A DNA stretch of 64,000 nucleotides from Nitrosopumilus sp. (lineage in GTDB: Archaea > Thermoproteota > Nitrososphaeria > Nitrososphaerales > Nitrosopumilaceae), in contig CBDFGF010000006.1 of the NCBI GenBank assembly GCA_965247045.1, positions 144,870 to 208,869 of the forward strand. The letters are read 5' to 3'. The position numbers and the translations under genes are program-made. How positions within the stretch are numbered: position 1 is the first letter of the stretch; every line of letters starts with the position of its first letter. Below, piece by piece: positions 10,196 through 20,304 of this stretch. The notes beneath the pieces were generated by a model. It was not told the DNA's origin, made no database searches, and saw only the letters and a program-made list of their open reading frames with translations.

Positions 10196-10756
10196 TTGGA
10201 ACTAGTAAAAAATGCTGAATTATTTGCAAAAAAGAAGCATTCCAGAATGATGAAAAAAGATGGAACTACTTCATATTCTAAACATCTTGAAGATGTGGTA
10301 AATAGGCTCAAAAGTCTAGGTGTTATAGACGAAGAACTACTTTGTGCAGGTTGGCTTCATGATACAATAGAAGATACTGATACTAATTTTGATGACTTGT
10401 ATGATCAGTTTGGAAGTAGAGTTGCAGTATTGGTATCAACTCTATCAAAGGATATGTCATTGCCTAGAAAAAAAAGGGAGCAAGAATACGTTAAACAACT
10501 CAAAGAAGCGTCATTTGATGCAAAACTAATCAAACTATGTGATATTTCAGCAAATCTTAGTGCTCTGAAAAACTATGATGCATCAAAATCAAAAAAACTA
10601 CGCCCTGTCAGACAAATAAGATACTATCTTACAGTTATCAAAAATGACTTGATAGAAAATACTGATTATCCAAAAATTATAACTCTATTGGAAAGTATTA
10701 ACCAAATTCTAAAACAATTTGGTCAAAGACCTATTTTCTTACAAGTAAAGCCTTGA
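10196..10756 (+). CDS. HD-domain phosphohydrolase (SpoT-hydrolase/Mesh1-like)
   Basis: FAKKKH..YSKHLEDV..WLHDTIEDT..IKLCD. Confidence 0.88.
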   Translation: MELVKNAELFAKKKHSRMMKKDGTTSYSKHLEDVVNRLKSLGVIDEELLCAGWLHDTIEDTDTNFDDLYDQFGSRVAVLVSTLSKDMSLPRKKREQEYVKQLKEASFDAKLIKLCDISANLSALKNYDASKSKKLRPVRQIRYYLTVIKNDLIENTDYPKIITLLESINQILKQFGQRPIFLQVKP

Positions 10757-10864
10757 GTGGGATTTATGAAAATACTATTGACTTTTTAATATACTGCAAA
10801 ATGTTACTGTCAAGTCACAAAAGAGAGAAAAATTTTTTAATTTCGCAACAGCATAATAAAATAG

Positions 10865-11881
10865 TTGAAAATATTCATCATTTTTCTGTTATCTTTTACA
10901 ATTTCAATTTCTCTAGTATTTGCAGAAGAATCATCTCAAGGTTGGGAAAGACTAGCAGACATGCCTGAAGTAAGATCTGAGATAGAATCAGCTGTTATTG
11001 ATGAGAGAATCTACGTCATTGGAGGTCTAAACAATATACGCCATGCCACAAACTCTGTTTTTGTTTTTGATACCAAAGATGAATCTTGGAGTAAAGGAAC
11101 TTCCATGCCTTTAACATTGCATCACGTAAGTGCTGCATCCTATGATAATAAGTTGTATGTTGTGGGAGGTTATTTTGAAGGTTGGATTCCATCTAACGCC
11201 TTGATGATTTATGATCCTTTGACCGATTCTTGGAGCAATGGTGCTGAAATGCCAACTCCTCGTGGTGCCTTAACTACACAATTTGTTGATGGAAAACTAT
11301 ACGCCGTTGGTGGATTCAATGAATTTGTTCGTACTGAAAATGAAGTTTATGATCCTGTAACTGATTCATGGGAAACCAAATCTCAAATGCCAACACCTAG
11401 AGAGCATCTTGCATCATCTGTATTAGATGATCAGATCTATGTTATTGGTGGAAGAAATATGCAATCAAATGTAAATGCTAATGAAATGTATGATCACACA
11501 ACAAACACATGGAATACTTTAGAACCACTTCCCACAGCTAGAAGTGGATTAACTGCATCAACTCTTAGTAGTGCAATCTTTGTTTTTGGTGGGGAAAGTT
11601 CTTTGTACACATTTGAAGAAAATGAAGCCTACATTCCTGGAGAAGGATGGTTAACACAACAGCCAATGCCAATGTCAAGACATGGTTTAGCATCATCTAC
11701 TGTTGGAGAGAATATCTATCTGATTGGTGGTGGGGCAATTCCAGGTTTTAGCTTTAGTGCAATTACTGAAAAGTATCACAACACTATTGTTCCAGAGTTT
11801 GGAATACTTGCATCAATAGTTTTTGTAACCTCTATTGCTATAGCAATCTTATTTACAAAATCTAAAATCACTTCATGTTAA
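10865..11881 (+). CDS. Secreted Kelch-repeat beta-propeller with PEFG-CTERM
   Basis: Six Y(V/A/L)xGG..Y/F..W kelch repeats; IVPEFG plus hydrophobic tail. Confidence 0.92.
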   Translation: MKIFIIFLLSFTISISLVFAEESSQGWERLADMPEVRSEIESAVIDERIYVIGGLNNIRHATNSVFVFDTKDESWSKGTSMPLTLHHVSAASYDNKLYVVGGYFEGWIPSNALMIYDPLTDSWSNGAEMPTPRGALTTQFVDGKLYAVGGFNEFVRTENEVYDPVTDSWETKSQMPTPREHLASSVLDDQIYVIGGRNMQSNVNANEMYDHTTNTWNTLEPLPTARSGLTASTLSSAIFVFGGESSLYTFEENEAYIPGEGWLTQQPMPMSRHGLASSTVGENIYLIGGGAIPGFSFSAITEKYHNTIVPEFGILASIVFVTSIAIAILFTKSKITSC

Positions 11882-12024
11882 TTTGATGTTTTCATTATTC
11901 CTTCTTTAATTAAGAATTGAATTACGCTAATAAATTCAGCATCTGAAGATTTTCCATCTACCCAAACACCTGAAGTAAATTTAATCCAATCAGGGACTTT
12001 AGCACTAGGTAATTTTTGTTCCAT
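11878..12024 (-). CDS. 48-aa thaumarchaeal 'PxWIK..WxDG..EF..IQFLI' domain ORF or remnant
   Basis: Manual translation MEQKLPSAKVPDWIKFTSGVWVDGKSSDAEFISVIQFLIKEGIMKTSN. Confidence 0.55.
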   Translation of the reverse strand: MEQKLPSAKVPDWIKFTSGVWVDGKSSDAEFISVIQFLIKEGIMKTSN

Positions 12025-12027
12025 AGA

Positions 12028-12348
12028 CTATTCCTTGAAATTTAACTTCTTTTTAGACTCTCTTTTCTTTATCATCCACCAACGAAAGTAAACGAAAAGA
12101 GAAATGCCTACAATAATTCCTGCAATTAGTACATATTGGTTGGTGTGATCCTGAAAAAGACATTTCTGAATCTGATTATATAGTTCGTAGTGCTCCAAAA
12201 GTTTGGGATCATTGTAACTGTTCATATTCTGTTCGTTGAGAAAATTGATTCGTTCTTGGATTTGTTTTTGTAATGTCTCAAGATTTTCATTATCTTTACT
12301 GCTACAAATGTATCCAAGTTGAAGGAAAATTTTTCCTAGATTAATCAA
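12028..12348 (-). CDS. Hypothetical protein with C-terminal TM helix
   Basis: 106-aa ORF, YVLIAGIIVGISLFVYF followed by a basic tail. Confidence 0.45.
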   Translation of the reverse strand: MINLGKIFLQLGYICSSKDNENLETLQKQIQERINFLNEQNMNSYNDPKLLEHYELYNQIQKCLFQDHTNQYVLIAGIIVGISLFVYFRWWMIKKRESKKKLNFKE

Positions 12349-12491
12349 GATTTACTAGATTTACGATTTACTTAAATTAAAATCAACGAGATACGTGGAA
12401 AACACATTACTCTAGGACTACAATAACATGAGGTGTTTTCCAGACCACCATTCTACGACGCAGAACAATAGTTTCTCGTTATATTCTATAC

Positions 12492-13500
12492 TGCTGTGTT
12501 TCCTAACATGACTAGTTTATCCAACTAATTCTACCAATCAAGGTTTGGATCAGAACATTTTGTACAATTTCATGAATAGAAATTGGAAAAAATACAACCA
12601 ATCCCTTGTAAGAAGAGGAGAAATCATGCTCTCCTTTGATGCCATGGAACAGTGGGGTACAGAACTCAAAGAGATGAATCGCAGAAAAGAAGGACACCAG
12701 TACATCTATCCTGAGAGTTTCATGGAAGCACTAGGGTATTGCCATGCGTATCTGCATCTCCCCTACAGACAAACAGAGGGACTGATAAAATCACACCTGA
12801 AAGAAAAATCAAAAACACCGACATATTCTGCCATTTGGAAACGTGTCAACAAACTCGATATCAAGATGAATCCAAAACTTGGAAAAGACATCATCATTGC
12901 AATTGACAGTACAGGAGTCAAGGTTGCCAATCATGGTGAGTGGATGAGGCAGAAATGGCAGAAAAGAAGAGGATTCTTGAAGATTCATGTTGCAGTGGAT
13001 GTGAAATCTAAACAAATCACAGGTTTAGAAATAACAGATGACAAGTCACATGATTCAAAACATTTCATATCACTAGTTGAACAATCAAAAGAGTTTGGAA
13101 ATATAGTCAAGACACTAGCTGATGGTGCATATGACGCCAAGGATTGTTTTTCATATTTGTACCATGAAGGTATAATTCCTGGAATCAAAACAAGAAAGAA
13201 CTCATCAGTTAGCACTGACTGCTACCCAAGACGAAAAGCTGTTCTAGCTCAATTATTCAACTATGAATTATGGAGGAACAGCGTAAGCTATGGAGATAGA
13301 TGGATTGTTGAATCAGTGTTTTCTGCATTCAAGAGAATGTTTGGTGAGCATGTCACGTCTCACAAAAGGGAAAACATGATTCATGAACTGAAAATGAAAG
13401 TTTGTCTGTATAATGCAATGATTGCAATGCAGTAAGATAATCCAAAAGGATTCGTTTAATCAAAGAATGTTGATGATTTTTAGAGTTGGGAAACACAGCA
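12492..13500 (+). mobile_element. IS5-family (IS903-like) IS, type A copy 2
   Basis: Same TIRs as 6040-7047; no TSD. Confidence 0.9.
12572..13435 (+). CDS. IS5-family (IS903-like) transposase
   Basis: Near-identical to 6120-6983. Confidence 0.92.
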   Translation: MNRNWKKYNQSLVRRGEIMLSFDAMEQWGTELKEMNRRKEGHQYIYPESFMEALGYCHAYLHLPYRQTEGLIKSHLKEKSKTPTYSAIWKRVNKLDIKMNPKLGKDIIIAIDSTGVKVANHGEWMRQKWQKRRGFLKIHVAVDVKSKQITGLEITDDKSHDSKHFISLVEQSKEFGNIVKTLADGAYDAKDCFSYLYHEGIIPGIKTRKNSSVSTDCYPRRKAVLAQLFNYELWRNSVSYGDRWIVESVFSAFKRMFGEHVTSHKRENMIHELKMKVCLYNAMIAMQ

Positions 13501-13665
13501 TATAATCATACAAAACCACACATGTCACTTGACTGGGACAATCTTGAAACTCCAGCCAAAGCGTTTGTAAGAAAGATGCCAGAGAAAGGAAGCACAGTTA
13601 TTGATGAGCAAACAGGAGAAAAATATCATGTGGAATAAAAGACGAACTAATTTTGGGATACCACA
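13501..13665 (+). mobile_element. 3' remnant of an IS481-family element
   Basis: YNHTKPHMSLDWDNLETPAKAF (rve C-terminal YN..RPHxxL..TP); terminus ..GGGATACCACA (ACA end). Confidence 0.7.
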
Positions 13666-13751
13666 CCAATTCTGACTGCTTTACCCATAAAATTTGAGAC
13701 TGTGGAGTTCTGAACTAAAATCTATAATAGCCATCAACACGACTTATTTTT

Positions 13752-14360
13752 ATGAACAAGGCAGTCTTAATTATAATAATTATTGGAGTCATTGTAATAG
13801 GTGGAGGTCTAGCAAGCCCCTTGTTTTATGAGACTGAAATTGATGAACCATTACCAATTGCATTAGATAATATCGAATCGGGATTGACCTTGGAGACTTT
13901 CTCAAGTATGGATGAAAATAAACGTCAGACCCTAGTCGAAAAGATACCTGAAAAAGTAAAAGATATGATCATGGAAGAATCAGCAAAAGTTTCTCTTATA
14001 GTTTCAGAAGACATGAATGAAATGATAAAAGAAGAACCTAGCAACGAACTTCAGATAATCAAAACTGGAACATTTGAAGGATTAGCTGGTCATAATGCAA
14101 AAGGTGATGCCAAAATTATTGAAGTAAATGGAAAATCATTTCTTAGATTTGAAAACTTTGAGGTAACAAACGGACCAGATCTTCGAGTGTATATAACTCA
14201 AGACGGTAATGTCAAGGAAGGCATTCATCTTGAAAAGCTAAAAGGAAGCAAAGGAGATCAAAACTATTCTCTCGATGACATCAACGTTGAAGTTTATGAT
14301 ACTGTCATAATCTATTGTCAACCCTTTGGAGTTTACTTCGGACAAGCAGAACTAGTTTGA
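13752..14360 (+). CDS. DM13-domain membrane-anchored protein
   Basis: GHNAKG, LRFENF..NGPDLRVY, LKGSKGDQNY, IYCQPFGVYFG. Confidence 0.9.
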   Translation: MNKAVLIIIIIGVIVIGGGLASPLFYETEIDEPLPIALDNIESGLTLETFSSMDENKRQTLVEKIPEKVKDMIMEESAKVSLIVSEDMNEMIKEEPSNELQIIKTGTFEGLAGHNAKGDAKIIEVNGKSFLRFENFEVTNGPDLRVYITQDGNVKEGIHLEKLKGSKGDQNYSLDDINVEVYDTVIIYCQPFGVYFGQAELV

Positions 14361-14437
14361 TACTCTTAACTGGGAAACTGATGCTGTGACATCCTTTTCT
14401 ATGTTCAATTATGACTAGAATTTTTTAAATCTTATTT

Positions 14438-15025
14438 TCATTTATCTAAAATACATGAATTAGTTTCAGGATCATAGATAGTCCCTGCACCACATTTTGA
14501 ATTATTTTCAGTAGGTAAAATTTCCTCATCACTTGAATCTACAGAATCTATTTCACTCTCTACAGAATCGTCTAAAACCTGTTTTTCTATAGCATTATCG
14601 AGAAATCCTTGACTAAATCCAACTCCAAGTATTACCAAAATTAAAACAGGAATGCCAATCATAATGGGAATTTTTAACCCAACAGTTCTTGTTTTAGATT
14701 TTGTGGAAACTTCAAATAAAGAAATGCCACAAACCATGCAAAAATTAGCTTCAAACAAATTCTTTTTTCCACATTTCCAACAATGAATCCCATTTTTATT
14801 TTCAGAGCCACTTTCTAAATTTCCAACAATTTCTGGTTGTGCGTCATGTTGTTCTGCCTGATGTTTTACTAGGTATTTCTCTCTTAATTGTTCTAGGTAT
14901 CTGTCATCGCTTTTCCAAATAGTATTGTTTAGGATGTATGCCTGTTTGATATGTTCTAATCTGAATGGATCGCCCGCATCAAGTTTCAACAATGCATTTA
15001 TATCATCTACAACATCTGAAGCCAT
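14438..15025 (-). CDS. Zinc-ribbon membrane protein
   Basis: CWKCG..ANFCMVCG, TM helix, C-terminal CGAGT..NSC. Confidence 0.8.
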   Translation of the reverse strand: MASDVVDDINALLKLDAGDPFRLEHIKQAYILNNTIWKSDDRYLEQLREKYLVKHQAEQHDAQPEIVGNLESGSENKNGIHCWKCGKKNLFEANFCMVCGISLFEVSTKSKTRTVGLKIPIMIGIPVLILVILGVGFSQGFLDNAIEKQVLDDSVESEIDSVDSSDEEILPTENNSKCGAGTIYDPETNSCILDK

Positions 15026-15618
15026 GATCGTTTCTCAGTACTTGGGAAAGTAACACAATTATTCATCAGAAACTGGTTTTTGATCATTTGATAAAATAAT
15101 GATGATAGAAAAAGCTTGATGGAGGTGTGCGGCTCCATCAATTGTGAATTATTCTAATGTTACTTTTGCACACATTAAACATTCTACATGTACCGCATTT
15201 GCAAATATTGCTAAAATAATGTCTACCACATTGTTATTTTCTTGTTCACAAAAAAGTAATGCAAAATACAATTCAGATGATGCACATCGTTTTATCATGT
15301 CCTCATGTATTGAGAATTGTTACTCTGAATCAACTGCAAAGAGATTAAAAATAAAATCAAATGCCTCTATTCCATCTGGATCTTGGATTCGAAAACACAT
15401 TGTAAAGATACCTCAAGAAAAGATGTTACTTTCACTGTATGGTGGAATTGATCAAACCATTTTACATTTGAAAAAGATGGGATTTCTTTGCAAACCAGTG
15501 ACTGTTGCAATTGACAAGCATTTCATCCCACGATATGACAAAACAGATTCTCCATATCTGGTAAAATCAAAACCAAAGAATGGAACTGACGCATTTGAAG
15601 GATATGGGACAATACAAT

Positions 15619-16693
15619 AGACCTCTTGCGTAATTACCAACAAAACGCGTCATTTAACCAAACTGATTCATCAGGTCATGGAATCACAACAAAATCCTTC
15701 TGCCGTATCCTGAAATTGACCAGGCCGCATATGATGTCGCTGATGCAATCATAGCGGCGCAGCCTGTTCCTGAAGACATCCTGCATTATCCTGAACTTCT
15801 TTATCTTTGAGATTGTGTGCTCTACTGTAATCCTGATTCTGGACTGGTTCTTGTTGAACTCCTTTTGCCTTGCAGTCAGTTTTCTGCCTCCTTTGCGCTT
15901 GCATGGCAGCACCGGATTGAACTCCGGAAAGTCCCTTGCCATTCCCTCGTATCCCAGGTCGACAAACGTCTGCAGCCCATCTGGCAGCATCGTAGGATGC
16001 TTGGCCTGAAACATCTTGTAGTCATGCGGCCTGCCAGGAGAGTGCGGAGGCTTGTGGACTATCTGGCCGTCAAGGTTTACCGTATACTGGTTCTTGACTG
16101 TGTGCATCCCTTTTTTGCCCGAGTAGTGCGTCTGTCTCTTCTTTTTGTTCTTCTTTGGCCTTGGGATCTGCTGCTCTGATGAGTCAATCATCACACAAAA
16201 CTCCGGAAAGTACCGTTCAAGATCCTGTATGGTCCCTATCTTTTTGGATTCGGCGTACATCATCTTCTGGGGGATTGGTATTGAGCCTCGCACGGCAGGC
16301 TCCATATACCTGATGTCCCTGTACACGTTGCTCTGGTTCAAACCAAAGAGGTGTCCTGCAAGCTCGTACGTGATGTACATCCGGTAGTAGACCAGAAGCA
16401 TCATAAGCCTGTCCCTGACTGGAAGAGCAAATCTGCGTCCTGCCCCAATCTTTCGCTCCCTCTTTTTGCGGGATAGCCTTCTTTGCTCTGTTCTTTTGTA
16501 CTCTTTTTCTATCTCAGATGACAAAAAATCAAACTGTTCTAGGCTAATCCCAGTAAATGACTGGAATGACCTTGGCTTTCTGGCTAGTTTCTTGTATGTT
16601 AGCATGAAATAACGAGGATGTTCTCAGCTTTGGATCTTGCTGTGAGTGAATTTGCATGCTTTGATCAAATTGTGTCAATTGCGCAAGAGGTCT
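15619..16693 (-). mobile_element. ISL2-group IS, copy 2 (intact)
   Basis: AGACCTCTTGCG TIRs; TSD AAT. Confidence 0.92.
15676..16605 (-). CDS. HTH + DDE_Tnp_4 transposase
   Basis: Full 309-aa ORF with D-D-E motifs. Confidence 0.92.
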   Translation of the reverse strand: MLTYKKLARKPRSFQSFTGISLEQFDFLSSEIEKEYKRTEQRRLSRKKRERKIGAGRRFALPVRDRLMMLLVYYRMYITYELAGHLFGLNQSNVYRDIRYMEPAVRGSIPIPQKMMYAESKKIGTIQDLERYFPEFCVMIDSSEQQIPRPKKNKKKRQTHYSGKKGMHTVKNQYTVNLDGQIVHKPPHSPGRPHDYKMFQAKHPTMLPDGLQTFVDLGYEGMARDFPEFNPVLPCKRKGGRKLTARQKEFNKNQSRIRITVEHTISKIKKFRIMQDVFRNRLRRYDCISDIICGLVNFRIRQKDFVVIP

Positions 16694-17464
16694 AATGTGT
16701 AGATAAGCAGCAGTGTAGGGCACAAATTGGTGCTGTCCCAATCAGAAAAGGTGATTCAAAGGGAGTAATCGTGCGTAAATTACTGTCTGATTGTAGCAGA
16801 AATTGTATCAAGACACGTCTAGTTCTTTTAGATAGAGAATTTTTCTCAACTGCAGTAATTCATGAAATAAAACAAAACCACGATACATTTATCATGCCAG
16901 CAAGAAAAACACCTGGAATCAAAAAGGCAATCATCCAATATGTTGCAGGCAATAGAGAATCAATTTCAGAATATAGAATTCATTCTACATCAAAGCACAT
17001 CGAATCATTTACTCTAGTGATTCTTCCAAACCCAAATGTAACAAAATCAAATCTTACGGATCAGTATATGGTGTTTGCAACTAATCTTAGAATAAAGAAG
17101 ATATTTTGGAATCTATGTACTCTTCCAGAAGAGTATCGCAAAAGATGGGGAATAGAAACAGGTTATGCATGTGTGGAAAAATTCAGGCCAAGAACGTGCA
17201 GTATGAATCATTGTGTAAGATTCTTATACTTTTTTTATCCTTTGATTTTGTTTAATGCATGGATAATTGCAAATTGTACGTTGAGAAATAACCATTCCAT
17301 TTCACATACAAATCCAATCATTACAATTGAGATTCTCAAGTGTATATTTGGAATCATTATTGTTGATTCGTTTAGAAAAATCAAATCAGAATATTATTTG
17401 GGGGATGTTGGGTAGTTACTTTCCCAAGTACTGTTTCTATAATGAGGTTATCTAATTAAGGTAA

Positions 17465-18441
17465 TTATGTACTTAGTGCCCCCAACATGTATTTCAACAA
17501 CAACTCAAACAAGTTATTGTTTCTGTTGTTGTATCTCCATTCCATCTCCTTGATGTACAGTAAAAACTTACCTGTACTGACACCATGATGCTTTGCCATA
17601 TTCTCTTTCGCAAAACTCCAAAACCCCTCAATGCCGTTGATGTATACGTCACCTTTGCCAAACATCCTGTTGTGATCTATTGACAGGTGCCTGTAACCAT
17701 TGAAAATTAACGAGTCATAGCCACGCCACTTATCAGTATATATAGCTAAGAGACAAAGTACATGAGGTAACAAGTATTACAAAATAAGGGATATGATTAA
17801 TTCTACGTCTAGAGATCATAAAATGCACTACAGGAAAGAGACTGTCAATACTCACGAACTTTGTCTCTTAGCTATACGGTACTTCCCTTCTTGACTTTTT
17901 TGATTGTACTTGCAAGCAATGTCTTGGCCTTGACATTTCTTACAATCGCAACATGTACCTTCCCTTTTCTTTCAAGAATTCCAAAAACAATAGTCTTGTC
18001 TTTTGCACCGCGTCCACGATCTCCCTTCCTTTTGCCTCCAAAATATGCCTCATCTTGTTCAATTTTGCCTTTCAGAACATGATCTGTCTTTGCCAGTTCT
18101 TCTAGTATGGAATATCTAATTGTGTCAAATGCCTGCAGAGTTGTCTTGTAGCTTAGATGCATCTGTTCGGATGCGGTCCTGGCAGATACTGACAACTCAA
18201 AGAGCTTGATTAGTGCAAGCCATTTTGAGTATGGAATTCTAATCAAATGGAATTTGGAATTGGCAAATGGTTTGAAATCTTTTCTGCAGTTTTGGCATCT
18301 AATTCTGTCTCTGCTTTTCATGATGTAGAGTGTTTTGCTTTTACAAAAGATACAAGAAAGATTCTTAGTATGTTTTGATTCTAGGAATTGTATCAATGCT
18401 GATTCATCAGAGATTATCTTTGCAAATGATACAAAATCCAT
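17465..18441 (-). pseudogene. IS1595-family transposase, split
   Basis: Zn ribbon, EQDEAYFGG, YTDKWRGY, NGIEGFWS, EMEWRYN. Confidence 0.88.
17743..17874. mobile_element. 132-bp MITE, TA target (IS630-like)
   Basis: TIRs TAGCTAAGAGACAAAGT; excision with one TA restores GSTVYTDK. Confidence 0.82.
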
Positions 18442-18913
18442 TGTTAGTTATCGTTGACTATCCAATAATTATCTAGGGGCAGTAGATACCCAATCACCCT
18501 AATTAATATTTCACTAAATCAGTGTTTTTACTTATACCGATAATCAGTGCTTTTTCTTATCATCCAAATCCAATTCATACTCTTGTAATGCAGTAATAAT
18601 TTAATATGATCCTTTTATCTTCAGAAAAATTAGCAATTACTACTTGTTGCTCTAGTCAATTATTCATCTGTGCTGTCCTTTTCATCTAGATCATAATTTT
18701 GTCTACTGGGACGTATTGGAATGTAAATTATTGTCATTTTTTGTTAAGCTCAATTTTAGAAAATAGTATAATTACTTTGTGAAGAAAAGATCCATAATTA
18801 TTCTGTCAAAATATTAGTAGAAATTCTACGCAAGTCTTATTTGTAATTATATGACGAATTTTTCCAATGCGGAATCGTTCTTTGCAAATAAATTCCACTG
18901 ATCCTAAATTAAC

Positions 18914-20054
18914 TGAGACTTGGGCATAATGATTTACAAAAATAAATCCAAATGATTCTAACAGCAAAGCATTCTCTTTACAATTCTTGGATTCTCATTA
19001 CCTGCAACACAGTTGTAATACACTGCAAGCTGATACGCCAAGACACAAACCAGAGCAAATGACTTCACATTCTCAAGTCCTCTTACTGGCAATGTCCTTA
19101 TGTTGAATATGTCTTTGACAATCTCAAATAACGGCTCAATGGACACTTTTCTCTGAGAGTACAGCTCTTGACCTTCTTTGGAATCATAAAACTCTGCCAG
19201 CTTTATTCTGTCTGGCGGCGTAGATGGATATACTTTGACTGGACAGATCAGTCTCAGATTTTTCTCATTGCTGCAATGGTACAGGTTGCCATCATCATAC
19301 GCAGGATCTGCCAATATGCTTTGGAACAGCCCTGCAAGTGAATCAACTAGTGTACCATACGGTTTGCCGTCATGAGCATTTGCAGTGCTGATACAGGCAG
19401 ACAGTGGAACTATCAGTTTGCCAGTACTGCAACTCATGTGCAGTTTGTATCCAAATGTCCAGCCCCTTGATTTGGAATAACCCCACTTGGCATCAGTGTC
19501 AATTCCTGCAATTGGAAGACGATTTTGTTTGATGTCAGATTTGTGCCATACTGAGCCTGCGGCTTGCAGCATTGTGCTATCAACTGATGCCGATATGTCA
19601 TCTACTAATCCTTCTGAGACAAACAGATTTCCCATGTTGTTGATGATGGTACTAATTGGCAACACTTGGAATCTTCTGTCAATTGTTCTTCTGTCTGGAA
19701 TTTGCTGTAGCCTGCAGGCCTTGAGCAATTTGTCATTATTACATTTGATGAACAAGAAATAGTGCAGCGTGTTATTGCTAGGAATTCTCATCCATGATTT
19801 TATGATGTATAGTTGTACCATCAAAATAGTTGGATAGACATACGGTCTTCCACGCCTAATTACATCCTCATACAGAGACAACGCTCTGATCAAATACAAA
19901 ACACCAATAAGAAATGACTGACATCTTATGTTACTAGGGATTCTTGTTTGTTTTGGCATTCCAATGAACAAAACATACTGAGATCCTTAGCTTTTTTGAT
20001 TGCAATAATTTAAGAAATTGATTAAAAATTGGAAATCATTATGCCCAAGTCTCA
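18914..20054 (-). mobile_element. DDE_Tnp_1-type IS, copy 2
   Basis: Same TIRs as 7992-9134. Confidence 0.9.
18958..19959 (-). CDS. DDE transposase
   Basis: Near-identical to 8037-9038. Confidence 0.9.
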   Translation of the reverse strand: MPKQTRIPSNIRCQSFLIGVLYLIRALSLYEDVIRRGRPYVYPTILMVQLYIIKSWMRIPSNNTLHYFLFIKCNNDKLLKACRLQQIPDRRTIDRRFQVLPISTIINNMGNLFVSEGLVDDISASVDSTMLQAAGSVWHKSDIKQNRLPIAGIDTDAKWGYSKSRGWTFGYKLHMSCSTGKLIVPLSACISTANAHDGKPYGTLVDSLAGLFQSILADPAYDDGNLYHCSNEKNLRLICPVKVYPSTPPDRIKLAEFYDSKEGQELYSQRKVSIEPLFEIVKDIFNIRTLPVRGLENVKSFALVCVLAYQLAVYYNCVAGNENPRIVKRMLCC

Positions 20055-20100
20055 ATTAATTATGGAAAAAGTAATAATTCGACTAGGATTATTATATAAT

Positions 20101-20256
20101 GTGTTCAAGTGCTCAAAATGTAATATGCAGTTTAATGATGAAAAAAGACTTGAAAGACATTCTAATACACACACAAAAAGAGAGTCAAAGGGTCGCAAAC
20201 AAAAAGAGAACAGATTGCCTGATTTTGATAAACCCGACTTTTCACAGGTAATGTAA
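20101..20256 (+). CDS. Small C2H2 zinc-finger protein
   Basis: FKCSKCNMQF..LERHSNTH; the ORF-track start lies inside the IS end, so GTG 20101 or ATG 20062 is more likely. Confidence 0.7.
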   Translation: MFKCSKCNMQFNDEKRLERHSNTHTKRESKGRKQKENRLPDFDKPDFSQVM

Positions 20257-20304
20257 TTACTTGGTCTCAGGACTTATTTGTGGACAAATTCTCTTGATAA
20301 TGTA

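Larger units (their letters stand above)
15144..17415 (+). pseudogene. ISH3-family transposase split by an IS insertion
   Basis: VAIDKHFIPRY..GT; LLDREFF; YRKRWGIETGY; removing the insert plus one AAT restores the frame (GTIQ-CVDKQ..GVIVRKL). Confidence 0.85.
15036..17433 (+). mobile_element. ISH3-family IS carrying a nested ISL2-group IS
   Basis: Perfect 19-bp TIRs CAGTACTTGGGAAAGTAAC; 5-bp TSD TTTCT. Confidence 0.88.
17460..18498 (-). mobile_element. IS1595-family IS interrupted by a MITE
   Basis: Imperfect 23-bp TIRs (GGTAATTATGTACTTAGTGCCCC / GGTGATTGGGTATCTACTGCCCC); 8-bp TSD CTAATTAA. Confidence 0.88.

Noticed and set aside
18507-18913. Short repeat and possible gene remnant
   Set aside because: Too degraded; multiple stops in the frames examined, no recognisable motif
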